Shown here piece by piece: positions 17,728 to 27,077 of a DNA stretch of 64,000 nt. The position numbers were made by a program, and so were the translations under genes. Below the pieces are notes generated by a model. That model made no database searches. It was not told the origin of the DNA and was given only the letters and a program-made list of their open reading frames with translations. The stretch lies in assembly GCA_964494085.1 (NCBI GenBank), contig CAZBQJ010000003.1:3502-67501 (forward strand). The letters are read 5' to 3'. The number at the start of each line of letters is the position of its first letter. Positions within the stretch are counted from its first letter, which is position 1. Source of the DNA: an uncultured Candidatus Peribacteria bacterium (GTDB lineage Bacteria; Patescibacteriota; Gracilibacteria; UBA1369).

Positions 17728-17746
17728 GTCTAAATTTAAAAAATTA

Positions 17747-18307
17747 ATGAATAAAATAATATTTTCGGTATTTGCGTTAATAAGTCTAGGCTTTCTAAAT
17801 GCTTGTGCTACCACTCCGAATACAGTTGGAAACCTTGTTTCAAGTCCAGACTCAGTAATCCAAACGCCAAAAAAAGCTGATCCTGTCCAAGATGAAATCA
17901 CTCCCATCGTCTCCACTGGTGACTACCTGAAATGTCAGGAACTTCAAGAAGTAAACCAGATTGGAACCTGCGAGACTATCATCTTGACCGATAAAGCTCT
18001 GACTTCTAATGATTCAAGTTGGTGTCAAAAGGCTACTTCTACAGAAGTAGAATCCGCTTGTCAGAGTTCTTTTGATAAACCTCGCGATAATTCTGCTTTG
18101 CAGCCAGATATACTGGATCAGACAATCGCAGCCGGTGACTTCCAAAAATGCCTAATCCTCACTAACGATGCGGAAATCAGAACCTGTGAATCCAACATCC
18201 TGACCGACAAGGCTTTGGCTTCTAATGATTCAAGTTGGTGTCAAAAAGCTACACTCGAAGAATCTAAAACTGACTGTCTAAATACTATGAGTAAAGAAAA
18301 TAAATAA
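17747..18307 (+). CDS. lipoprotein with two copies of a Cys-containing module
   Basis: Start moved to MNKIIFSVFALISLGFLNAC (lipobox LNAC). The module C-E-x-x-ILTDKAL-x-SNDSSWCQKAT occurs twice. A 28-nt identical DNA stretch lies at 18003-18030 and 18219-18246. Confidence 0.7.
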   Translation: MNKIIFSVFALISLGFLNACATTPNTVGNLVSSPDSVIQTPKKADPVQDEITPIVSTGDYLKCQELQEVNQIGTCETIILTDKALTSNDSSWCQKATSTEVESACQSSFDKPRDNSALQPDILDQTIAAGDFQKCLILTNDAEIRTCESNILTDKALASNDSSWCQKATLEESKTDCLNTMSKENK

Positions 18308-18351
18308 GCACCGGAGAATATTTCCCCAGGGCTTATTTATTGAAGTGTCGC

Positions 18352-20070
18352 TTATTTGAATCTAGCTTCCAATTTTTCCAGTCTGATCTTTAAATCGGAA
18401 TTTTCTTTTTGAAGTTCTGAAACCTGACTGTTCAATGCCTCGACTTTTGCTGTCCAATTTTCGACTTTGCTGTTAATTTCTTTAAACGAATTAACGAATG
18501 TTGTTAAAAACGGCATAATTTCAACGGATAAATAACCTTGGTTATCAGTTTGCACCGCTTCAGGGATCACCTTCTGGACTGCTTGAGCTGAAAAACCATA
18601 GTGAGTATTAGTGGAATCCAAGCCTTCCGCATTGTCTTGTTTATATTTAAAGACAATTGGCTGAAGTTTCAAAAGCTCTTTCAAACCTCTGTCAAAATCT
18701 CCCTTGATATCCTTCAATCTGGAATCAGAGCTGGTATTCCATGACGCTGCAGTCATGCTACCGGTAACACGACCAGTTCCCGTAACATCTAGGTTATAGG
18801 CAGGAGCATTGTTCCCTACACCCATCCAGCCATCACCATATATTGTCGTTGGCTTCGAGCCATTGAATTTTCCAATTATACACCCAGCACCACAGGTTGT
18901 CTTATTTACAAGCAAAGGAGACTCAATATTTACTCCCGATCTTGCATATACTTTTAAGTGATCATCGAGATCCTCCTGAATATAGGCATTTTCGCCATCA
19001 CCAAAGTTTATTTTTCCTCCAGATGAATAGGATCCTGTACCATTTAATCTTAAAGTATTATTAGAGCCACCTATATTAAGCTTGTTACCAGTATAAGTTG
19101 GGCCTCCGATATTAGCATTTCCAGGGATTGTGAAATTACCAGATCCATCTAAAGACATTAGGGTATTTGTAGCAAAATAGTTCTTAACTATAATCCCATC
19201 GTCATCACGGAAGGTAACTGGATTCGCTGTCAAATTGCCTAATTCACCATCTTGTGTAATATTTAGGCTATCAATTCCGGTAGTGTAATTTTGCATCATT
19301 AAACCTTGAGGGTCTTTTATTGTCACAGAGTTTGGGGAAGAAGAAGCTAAAGTACCATTTAATACGATGGGGTCACCACTCAAAGACAGTAATGGCCTCC
19401 CAATTATTGACAGTGTAGAATCCTGAATATTTCCCGTTGCGCTATCATAAGCTCCACCACTTATATATCTTGAGTACACCGTTCCACCCGCAGTGGTTGC
19501 TATATTACCGGTAGATATCATACCAAAAGCACCCTTAGCCAATTCCACCAGCTTTCCACTTACACTATTATAAAATTTACCGCCAGATCCAGCGCTGTTC
19601 TGCGATAATCCATATACTCCGGTGCCACTATTCGAAGTTCCGAATATGCCGTAGCCAGTAGTAGCATAACCGGCTGTTCCAGCACCATTTTCAGCATTAC
19701 CAAATATTCCATATCCATTGTCAGAATGGCCAAGTACACCAGCCCCATCATTACCCAGACCATAAACCCCATAACCAGTACTTATATTCTGTCCATAAAT
19801 ACCAGTACCAGTAGGGCTTAAACTGGTCCCCATAACAGCTCCCTTTCCATCTGTAGTATTATTGTTAATTACTGTAAATCCCCAATATGGTGAGTCTGCA
19901 AACACCTGTGCACCATTCTGAGCAGTTACATGGTTAAACGTCGCATCCGGAGCGTTCGGACTTGGAGGCGCTCCAGGCGGCACCGCCAAGGCTTCTTGGC
20001 TGACGATTAGTCCGGCTGTCAGAGTGACCGCCAATAAACCTATTAAAGTGAGTGACTTTTTGTTTTTCAT
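18352..20070 (-). CDS. secreted Gly-rich repeat protein with a C-terminal tail-fibre/endosialidase intramolecular chaperone domain (Peptidase_S74-like) and a coiled coil
   Basis: Signal peptide (LIVSQEALA). Repeats of the GYGVYG / GYGIFG / GTGVYG type. C-terminal SSDSRLKDIKGDFDRGLKELLKLQPIVFKYK...HYGFSAQAVQKVIPEAV matches the S74 autoprocessing motif, followed by a heptad-rich tail. Confidence 0.8.
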   Translation of the reverse strand: MKNKKSLTLIGLLAVTLTAGLIVSQEALAVPPGAPPSPNAPDATFNHVTAQNGAQVFADSPYWGFTVINNNTTDGKGAVMGTSLSPTGTGIYGQNISTGYGVYGLGNDGAGVLGHSDNGYGIFGNAENGAGTAGYATTGYGIFGTSNSGTGVYGLSQNSAGSGGKFYNSVSGKLVELAKGAFGMISTGNIATTAGGTVYSRYISGGAYDSATGNIQDSTLSIIGRPLLSLSGDPIVLNGTLASSSPNSVTIKDPQGLMMQNYTTGIDSLNITQDGELGNLTANPVTFRDDDGIIVKNYFATNTLMSLDGSGNFTIPGNANIGGPTYTGNKLNIGGSNNTLRLNGTGSYSSGGKINFGDGENAYIQEDLDDHLKVYARSGVNIESPLLVNKTTCGAGCIIGKFNGSKPTTIYGDGWMGVGNNAPAYNLDVTGTGRVTGSMTAASWNTSSDSRLKDIKGDFDRGLKELLKLQPIVFKYKQDNAEGLDSTNTHYGFSAQAVQKVIPEAVQTDNQGYLSVEIMPFLTTFVNSFKEINSKVENWTAKVEALNSQVSELQKENSDLKIRLEKLEARFK

Positions 20071-20170
20071 GTTGTTTTTGTGAAATTATCTTTCCATTTT
20101 ACCAAAAATATCGTCAAACAGCAATATTAAAAGCCCTCCGCCCAGCATATCCTCATCAACCGACTGGCGA

Positions 20171-21505
20171 TTATCTACCCATTAAACTATCAACCGCCAG
20201 ATTCAGATAATCTTGCGTCCAGGGCACCGTGATTTTAGCAAAAGTCTCATCTATAAATCCCTGTTCATCCATCACCTGCAAACGCACGGTTTTTTCTCCG
20301 CCCAGTCGATAGTTTCCGATCTGCTCAGGGGAATTACTCCAATTGCTATCAAAAACGATATCATTGAGGCCGGTATAATTAAAATCCCAGCGGAATTTGA
20401 GTCTTTTCAGAGGAGTGAAATCATCTGAAGAATGGCTCGCATCAAATTTGAATCTGCCATTGGCGAGGTTCATTACCGACAACAAAGCCTTTGGGGGATT
20501 GTCATCACTAATTGTTATGGTTATTTGAGCTCTGGCAGTCAGGCCTTCCGGATCCCGTACCTGCATGATTACCTGATATTTCCCGGCTTCCACGAAAAGA
20601 TGATTCCAAATTGTTTTATTTTGGAAATTAGTTTCGTATTGGCCATCGCCATCCCAGTCAAATCGATACACCAAATTGTCTTTCGAGTATTGATTATCAG
20701 TGGAAAGGGAAGTGTCAAAACGGAAAATCGAATTTCTAGGCGCACTTATTCTGTTTACTTGAAAGTAAGCCGTAGGGGTATCATTTCGGGCAATATGAAC
20801 ATTTTTAACGACAGCACTAATCCGTCCATATTGGTCTAGAACTTCCAGTTTTACCTGGTATTCACCCGGTTCGGGATAAATATGAGTAATTGAATTTACT
20901 GTAGAAAAATAGCTGTCCAACACCCCATCATTCTGAAAATCCCAACGATATTGTAGGGAACCTCTCGGGATATTGGTGGTTGCAGCTCGTCCGGAAAAAG
21001 TAAAAGTAGTCTGGGTCGTACCATAGCTTTCGTCTCTCGATCCGGGCAGGTTATTGTCTATGGAAAAATCCACTTGATCGACATTACTGATCTTTTGTTC
21101 AGGAAGAGGGATCTGAGCGTTCATACTTCCCGGTGCAAAAGCGTCATATTTTGGGGGGACATACTTTCCCATATTAAAGCTGTCTAGTTGACTATTTCCT
21201 TCTGCTGATAAAGTTTTCCCAAAAGTAGTTGCTTTCACCCCGTTCAAGGCCTGGTAACCATCTCCGGTCTGAGGCTGGAATACAGACGCACCTTCCGGAG
21301 TCAGAGTAACTACCGGCACTAAGAAAAGATTGGGGATATCTGCCGCTCTTGCCGCTATAGAAAACATTAGACCAAATACCACACTAATCGCTAGAACCAC
21401 AGCCAACCGGCGCAATAACTGATGGATGTTTTCTATCTGTAGCAGTAATTTTACTCTTCCATCGAAATGTGGCTTATCGTAGCCCTTAAATTCATTTGGA
21501 GACAT
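20171..21505 (-). CDS. membrane-anchored protein with three PKD-like domains
   Basis: N-terminal anchor (LAVVLAISVVFGLMFSIAA). Repeated motifs YRWDFQNDG, YRFDWDGDG and FRWDFNYTG, each followed by an Ig-like segment. Confidence 0.8.
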   Translation of the reverse strand: MSPNEFKGYDKPHFDGRVKLLLQIENIHQLLRRLAVVLAISVVFGLMFSIAARAADIPNLFLVPVVTLTPEGASVFQPQTGDGYQALNGVKATTFGKTLSAEGNSQLDSFNMGKYVPPKYDAFAPGSMNAQIPLPEQKISNVDQVDFSIDNNLPGSRDESYGTTQTTFTFSGRAATTNIPRGSLQYRWDFQNDGVLDSYFSTVNSITHIYPEPGEYQVKLEVLDQYGRISAVVKNVHIARNDTPTAYFQVNRISAPRNSIFRFDTSLSTDNQYSKDNLVYRFDWDGDGQYETNFQNKTIWNHLFVEAGKYQVIMQVRDPEGLTARAQITITISDDNPPKALLSVMNLANGRFKFDASHSSDDFTPLKRLKFRWDFNYTGLNDIVFDSNWSNSPEQIGNYRLGGEKTVRLQVMDEQGFIDETFAKITVPWTQDYLNLAVDSLMGR

Positions 21506-21536
21506 ATAAAACTTCCTCTTTATTAATTAAGGAGGT

Positions 21537-21565
21537 TTTATATCATAAAACGCTAAAACTGTCAA
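21537..21565 (-). promoter_or_regulatory. sigma70-like promoter for the PKD gene, TTGACA-17nt-TATAAA on the minus strand
   Basis: Reverse complement of 21560-21565 is TTGACA and of 21537-21542 is TATAAA, with a 17-nt spacer. AGAGGAAG lies upstream of the ATG at 21505. Confidence 0.5.
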
Positions 21566-21599
21566 TAGTGCTGCCTGTGCCAACTACGGCTGGTAAACC

Positions 21600-23417
21600 T
21601 TAACTTTCATGTTTGATTTCTACTTTAATATTATCCGGTACAGATGGCAGTGTCGGGGCCCAAGCCGGCCAGGTCTGAATCTCAACCTTCTGTATTTCAG
21701 GTAAATTTTGGATAAAATCGCGAGCAACACCGACATCTTTGCCAACAATACTTTCTTTAATCTTCTTGATCAAACGATCTCCGTTTTCCTTTTTGGGACT
21801 GATTTCAAATTCCTCAATACCTTGGATGGTCGCTGTAATAGTGACCTTTTGGGCACTTTTATCATAATCCACCAGTTTATAAGTAAAGGAAGCTTCATCG
21901 ATATGCGCCAAGCTCTTCTCGGGGTTTTTCTTGAGTTGGATCTCTCTTTTCAATATACCCAGCATATCATCCTTATTATAAGCGATCCCACTCACTACTA
22001 TGGTCCCTTTGACATCAAAAGACTCCAATTTTTGTCCCGCCAAATTTTTGGGTATTTGGATTTTTGGAGTGCCATAGTCCACCAGGCCTTTCCCATTCAG
22101 TAGGACCAGGTTGGTTTTCTGGCTGTCATTACGTTTGGTAATCACCGCTTGGAGTTCAGCATCGGCAGAAGCCCTCAAATCACTCTCCATTTTGGCATTG
22201 GCGGCGTCAACGTCTTCTTTACTGATAAATTTGACAATATTGGTCACCCCTCCGCTGAAATCACCTGCACTGACAGCATAGAGCTTCTTTTGGTTTTCGG
22301 AAGAAAGAGCCGGTAAGAAAAACTTCACTTCTCCTTTGATGTTACCTTTACTTCCAACCGGCTGATTGAAAGCATCCAAAGGATCCGCCATCACCGTCAA
22401 CTCCAATTCTCCCGGTTTGGAAGGCGATCCTCCCGGGACTATAACTTGACGATCAATCCGATAGACCAAACCGTCAGCGGTCTGAAAGCGGGTCTTCGGA
22501 ACCAGTGGCCATTCGGTCGGACTGGTATTCAGGATTTTGATCTTTCCGGTGGCGTTTTTGCCTCCTTCAGCATTTTTCCCTGTTGATTGGTAGGTAAACA
22601 CTTTATCGATTTGAGTAGTAATCCTATAGCTGGGGATCATATTGGCCGGTCTGGTATCCAATTCCGCTCTATTTCGATCAATATCCGCCAAAATAACGTT
22701 CTTTGGTACCTCAATTACATTGGATTTAGGCGTCAATACCAATGTCGCTCCCGGCAAAGCAATATAAGAAATAGCCATCAAGATAATCACACTTACTCCA
22801 ACCAGAGCAAATAGCGCTTTTTTGTTTGGGGCAATCAAAACCAATGAATTTTTCTTGCTGGAATTATCCTTTTTCTTTTTAAAGTCCTTTCGGGATAAAG
22901 TCAGGTTTTTCGGCAAGATATTTAAGGCATTTTTACCACCTCGCTTGACCAGATCCGAAATGGAAAATTTTCTTTCATCTCTGCGACTGGGAGAATCTTC
23001 CGAAAGACTGTTTACGGAAGCCTTCAAGGGAGTAATCTCACTATCATTACTTTCCTTGAATTTTCCACTAACCAACGCAGGGTGGTCATGCCCTTCCAAT
23101 TTATTGAACACATCCAAGCCTACTCTCTGAGCCAAATTAAACCCACTGGGATCATTGGTAACAATAAATATTTTCTTCCCCAAATCATCAGCTTTACGTT
23201 TGAGAATTTTTAAATTAATGGCACTTTGAAAAATTACGGCCCGCTGAGGAATTATCAGATAGACGTTTTTAAACTTCAGTCTGACTAATTTATCATAAAT
23301 AGTCGTGATTTCATCATCTATTTCAATATAGAGGATTTTCTTGGTCGGACGAGTCGACTTTTTAACCGTCTCCTTTTCGGGTTCAGTAGCCTTAATTTTC
23401 CTTTTCTGCATGGCCAT
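21600..23417 (-). CDS. single-pass membrane protein: conserved cytoplasmic N-domain, TM, large extracytoplasmic domain (possibly baseplate J/gp47-like)
   Basis: 605 aa with a TM at ALFALVGVSVIILMAISYIAL. The N-domain IEIDDEITTIYDKL...LIIPQRAVIFQSAINLKILKRKADDLGKKIFIVTND resembles, from memory, the N-termini of MAG proteins annotated baseplate J/gp47 family. That assignment was not verified. Confidence 0.6.
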   Translation of the reverse strand: MAMQKRKIKATEPEKETVKKSTRPTKKILYIEIDDEITTIYDKLVRLKFKNVYLIIPQRAVIFQSAINLKILKRKADDLGKKIFIVTNDPSGFNLAQRVGLDVFNKLEGHDHPALVSGKFKESNDSEITPLKASVNSLSEDSPSRRDERKFSISDLVKRGGKNALNILPKNLTLSRKDFKKKKDNSSKKNSLVLIAPNKKALFALVGVSVIILMAISYIALPGATLVLTPKSNVIEVPKNVILADIDRNRAELDTRPANMIPSYRITTQIDKVFTYQSTGKNAEGGKNATGKIKILNTSPTEWPLVPKTRFQTADGLVYRIDRQVIVPGGSPSKPGELELTVMADPLDAFNQPVGSKGNIKGEVKFFLPALSSENQKKLYAVSAGDFSGGVTNIVKFISKEDVDAANAKMESDLRASADAELQAVITKRNDSQKTNLVLLNGKGLVDYGTPKIQIPKNLAGQKLESFDVKGTIVVSGIAYNKDDMLGILKREIQLKKNPEKSLAHIDEASFTYKLVDYDKSAQKVTITATIQGIEEFEISPKKENGDRLIKKIKESIVGKDVGVARDFIQNLPEIQKVEIQTWPAWAPTLPSVPDNIKVEIKHES

Positions 23418-23419
23418 AT

Positions 23420-24673
23420 TTATATTTGCATTAAGCGAACTACTTTTTTCAAAAGTTTAGCTAGAATTTGTTCTTCTCCGACGTATTCTAAACCTATATT
23501 AGCCAAAGCCAAAGTTGGCACATCTGTAGGGGTTTTCAATGATCTGGTTTCATCAGTCAAATTGGAAATCGATTTTGGTTCCAGAAAGGAAATACTTGGT
23601 TTTCTGGGGAAAGGGAGCTGTTGAGTCCACTCTTTACTTTCTAAAACTTCTTTTATTTCCGGTAGTAAACTTCCCCCCCCACATAGATAAATTTTAGCGG
23701 GAAGAATATCGATTTTATCCATTTCCGCCAAAGTCAGGGCTACTCCGGAGATCCATACTTCACAGTCACTTTTCATCGCTTCACGAACAATCCGTTGTGA
23801 CTGCTTTTCCAATTTGTCATCAGAATAAGCCAATTTGATTTTTTCCGCATCTTCATAACCGACCGATAGTGCCTGTGCCAACCTTTTTGTGAATGTACGG
23901 CCACCTAAAGTAAACATTTTAGTTCCTTCCACGCTACCATTGGTTACCACCGCCAAATCTGTTGTTCCCCCTCCCACATCGATAAAAATCGCACTCAGAT
24001 TCCCACCATCTTCATGTCCCATACATCTGGCTAAAGCATATGGACCGGCCGTAATAGCCAATAAATCCAAATCCAGTTCAGCGGCAATCGTTTGTAAAGA
24101 GCCATAATGTACCAGCGGAGCAAATGCATTGAAAATACTGATTGTTACTTCTTTTCCTTGAAATCCCAGCGGATTGGAAACCTTGTAGCCATCTATCCGT
24201 ACGTCCACTATCGCCGCATTCACCAGTTTGATATCAATTTCGTTATAACCCGTTTCAAAAGCCATTTCTGAGCGAACTTCATCAAAGGCTTTCCATTGAA
24301 CTTTATGAACAATATTTTTCAATTCCGATAAATCAATTTTAGTGTCAGGTTCCCGACGCGTATAAGAAATAGTCGTTGTAGAACCTTTGACCAATTCACC
24401 GGCAATTCCCATCACCAATTGGTCAGTCGAAACTCCAGCCATCTTTTCGGCTCTACGAATCGCTTCATTACAATTATTGATCACCGCTCCGATATCGGTT
24501 ACAGCTCCACTGGACATATCGCCCAACCTTTGTTTGTGTCTTCCCACACCCAGAACTCTACCGCGGTCACCTTCAGCTGAACAGATTAGCGCTTTTACTT
24601 CTTCTGTCCCTATATCCAAAGCGATAAAAAGTTTACCTCCGGCTAGCTTCCGCGTTTTCTTAAAAATGGCCAT
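23420..24673 (-). CDS. ftsA: actin-like ATPase, FtsA family
   Basis: Phosphate-1 LDIGTEEVKALI, phosphate-2 DVGGGTTDLAV, and an FtsA-like subdomain layout. 417 aa. Confidence 0.8.
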   Translation of the reverse strand: MAIFKKTRKLAGGKLFIALDIGTEEVKALICSAEGDRGRVLGVGRHKQRLGDMSSGAVTDIGAVINNCNEAIRRAEKMAGVSTDQLVMGIAGELVKGSTTTISYTRREPDTKIDLSELKNIVHKVQWKAFDEVRSEMAFETGYNEIDIKLVNAAIVDVRIDGYKVSNPLGFQGKEVTISIFNAFAPLVHYGSLQTIAAELDLDLLAITAGPYALARCMGHEDGGNLSAIFIDVGGGTTDLAVVTNGSVEGTKMFTLGGRTFTKRLAQALSVGYEDAEKIKLAYSDDKLEKQSQRIVREAMKSDCEVWISGVALTLAEMDKIDILPAKIYLCGGGSLLPEIKEVLESKEWTQQLPFPRKPSISFLEPKSISNLTDETRSLKTPTDVPTLALANIGLEYVGEEQILAKLLKKVVRLMQI

Positions 24674-24781
24674 GCTAATTTTATTACTTAAACCCCTTCG
24701 CTCAGCATCCGGTCGTGACCGTCTTGGGAATTTCGTGAATACTACAATGCGCTTCTTCTAGGGCAAATTTAAACCACGACT

Positions 24782-24810
24782 ATATTAGTATCGCCAATCT
24801 GGCTGGTCAA
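24782..24810 (-). promoter_or_regulatory. sigma70-like promoter, TTGACC-17nt-TAATAT on the minus strand
   Basis: Reverse complement of 24805-24810 is TTGACC and of 24782-24787 is TAATAT, with a 17-nt spacer. About 110 nt upstream of the ftsA-like start. Confidence 0.5.
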
Positions 24811-24835
24811 GTCCTTTGATTGGCCAAATAGGGGA

Positions 24836-25846
24836 TTAATAGCCTCTCTTTATTCTGCGAATGGTTTCCACCCAGAAGTTAATCCAATATTTCCAGGTCA
24901 AGGGCAAATCCTGACAATGCAACAATTCTCGGCCCTCCCCGCCAAAACCTTTTTTGAAAAAACTCAATCCGGCCCAGGGATGTTTTGGCGCATTTTCTAC
25001 AACCCCCCAGAAATTATAGTGTTTCAGCCCTTGTCGTTTGGCTTCTTTGATCGCTTCCCATTGGATCAAATACGAGCCGGGGATCTTATTGTATTCGGAT
25101 AGCGATGCGCCATGATGATAAACTCCTTCATTACCGTAAAATAGAATTACCGCGCCGGAAATAATCTTCTTTTCGTATTCAGCCAAATATATTTTTAGCG
25201 CATTTTGCCCGCCAAAATGCGCTAATTCTGCTAGCAAATACTTCCAGGGATAAGGGACAAAATGTTGTCGGCGTGAAGTCTCCAAATGTATTTCGTAGAA
25301 TTGTTGCAATAATTCTTCACTGTTTCCGGATAAGATCTTTATCGGTAATTTTTCCGCTTGTTTAATCGCGTAGCGGGTATTTTTCCGCATCTTTTCGAGC
25401 AGTTTCTTTTCTTCCGGCGCCAAGTCTAGCAGCCACAATAGTTCAGGGTGCATCATATGCACCGGGGCATCACGAAAACCCAGCTGATTGAACAAACTTT
25501 TATACTCGGAATTATTATCCAGCAAGGGGCTTATTCTCAGAAAATCCACTTTGATTTCCAGAGCCAGTTCTTTTAGAAATTTGACCACCAATTCCAATCT
25601 GTCTTTGTCTAAAACAGCATAGGGTAGAAATAAATATTTCCCCCGTTTCGCTTTGAACAAAATCGTCAGGTATGAACCGACTGTTTCCTCCTCATCCTGG
25701 ACCAGTAGATAAATCGGTTCATGGCCCAGATCAGCCTGCATTTGACCATATTGATATGATTGTAAAAACGAACGACCTGCTTCATTCAATTTCTGTTGAC
25801 CTTGCAGATATTCTTCAGCTGATTTTGTTAATTTAATTCGTAGCAT
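24836..25846 (-). CDS. FemAB-family peptidoglycan interpeptide-bridge aminoacyltransferase
   Basis: 336 aa with FLQSYQYGQ near the N-terminus and YLIQWEAIKEAKRQGLKHYNFWGV near the C-terminus. Sits in a mur context. Confidence 0.75.
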   Translation of the reverse strand: MLRIKLTKSAEEYLQGQQKLNEAGRSFLQSYQYGQMQADLGHEPIYLLVQDEEETVGSYLTILFKAKRGKYLFLPYAVLDKDRLELVVKFLKELALEIKVDFLRISPLLDNNSEYKSLFNQLGFRDAPVHMMHPELLWLLDLAPEEKKLLEKMRKNTRYAIKQAEKLPIKILSGNSEELLQQFYEIHLETSRRQHFVPYPWKYLLAELAHFGGQNALKIYLAEYEKKIISGAVILFYGNEGVYHHGASLSEYNKIPGSYLIQWEAIKEAKRQGLKHYNFWGVVENAPKHPWAGLSFFKKGFGGEGRELLHCQDLPLTWKYWINFWVETIRRIKRGY

Positions 25847-27077
25847 ATTGATTGACTAGAGCGACCACACTTTCCAAATCCTTTTGATTCAGAGAGTAAA
25901 TCGTCGGTAAATTGATAATTTGCTGGTTTACGCTTTCAGAATTCTGACATTCACCCTCATTGTAACCGGTCTTTTTCGTATCAATATCAGCCGGAGCAAT
26001 TGGAGTGCTGTACCAATCACCCAAATAAATCCCCAGCTTCTTTCCGGCCTTGAGAATCTCTTCAGGATTATTCACCAAAACCGGATATCTGAGAAAAATC
26101 GCTCCCGGGAAATCGGCAGGATTTAGTTTCCCCCCAACCTTTAAATGCTGATAATAATAAGTCGCTGCCTTCCGTCGTTCCTGATTGAATTCTCTGAGCA
26201 GCCGCATCTGTATCAAGGCAATCACCGCCATGGCATTGGGGAGTTTTGTTCCAAATACTTTCGGCTTCAAGCCCTTCTTTTCAGACGGGTTTACCTCCAA
26301 ATTCAACAAGCCGGTTTTTTGTCCAAATACCATCATCAATTTACCGAAAATGGAAAAGTAAAAGACTTTTGCCCACGAACAGATAATTGGGTGGAATAAA
26401 TTTTGCCTGATCTGTCTGGTGGAAACCTTGGACAAATTTTTTGCCAAGTGCTCCAATGCCGGGATATATTTTTTATTCTTACTGACGATCATCCCTCCAC
26501 TGATACAAGAAATAACCTTTGATCTTCCCATGCTATAAAAGCCAATATCTCCAATTGTACCAACTTTTTCTCCATCAACTTCTGCGCCCAGAGCATGCGC
26601 GCAATCTTCTATCAGTATCAAATCTCGCTTTTCACAGAGTTTTTTAATATTTTCAATCTTGGCCGGAATCCCAAAAGTATGTTGAACAATCACGGCACGC
26701 GTTTTGGGGGTGATTTTTTTCTGCACTTCCTCAGCGCTGTAGTTATAGGTTTCGTCAATATCGACATAGACCGGTTTCAAGCCATTCCAAATAATCGAGT
26801 TAATCACCACCATACAGGTGTAACCTTGGACAATTATCTCGTCACCCGGAGTCAGGTTGAGTGATTTCAAGATCAGATAAAGGGCCTCGCGTCCGCTCCC
26901 CACCGCCAAAGCAAAATCAACCTTCAAGAGCTTTTTAAATTCGTTCTCCAATTCTCCAACCGCTCGGCCCGTTTGCCATCTGGGCCAATTCCAGGGCATC
27001 AAAAGCCAGGCCGCCTCCAGGGTGTCCTTCCAGGTGTTGTTTGGGGAAAGTCCTATATTGATAGTTCTAAGTCTCAT
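25833..27077 (-). CDS. DegT/DnrJ/EryC1/StrS-family PLP-dependent aminotransferase-like protein
   Basis: ALAVGSGREALYLIL, IIVQGYTCMVV, DCAHALGA, and a candidate PLP lysine in FYSMGRSKVIS. Overlaps both neighbours. Confidence 0.75.
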   Translation of the reverse strand: MRLRTINIGLSPNNTWKDTLEAAWLLMPWNWPRWQTGRAVGELENEFKKLLKVDFALAVGSGREALYLILKSLNLTPGDEIIVQGYTCMVVINSIIWNGLKPVYVDIDETYNYSAEEVQKKITPKTRAVIVQHTFGIPAKIENIKKLCEKRDLILIEDCAHALGAEVDGEKVGTIGDIGFYSMGRSKVISCISGGMIVSKNKKYIPALEHLAKNLSKVSTRQIRQNLFHPIICSWAKVFYFSIFGKLMMVFGQKTGLLNLEVNPSEKKGLKPKVFGTKLPNAMAVIALIQMRLLREFNQERRKAATYYYQHLKVGGKLNPADFPGAIFLRYPVLVNNPEEILKAGKKLGIYLGDWYSTPIAPADIDTKKTGYNEGECQNSESVNQQIINLPTIYSLNQKDLESVVALVNQYATN

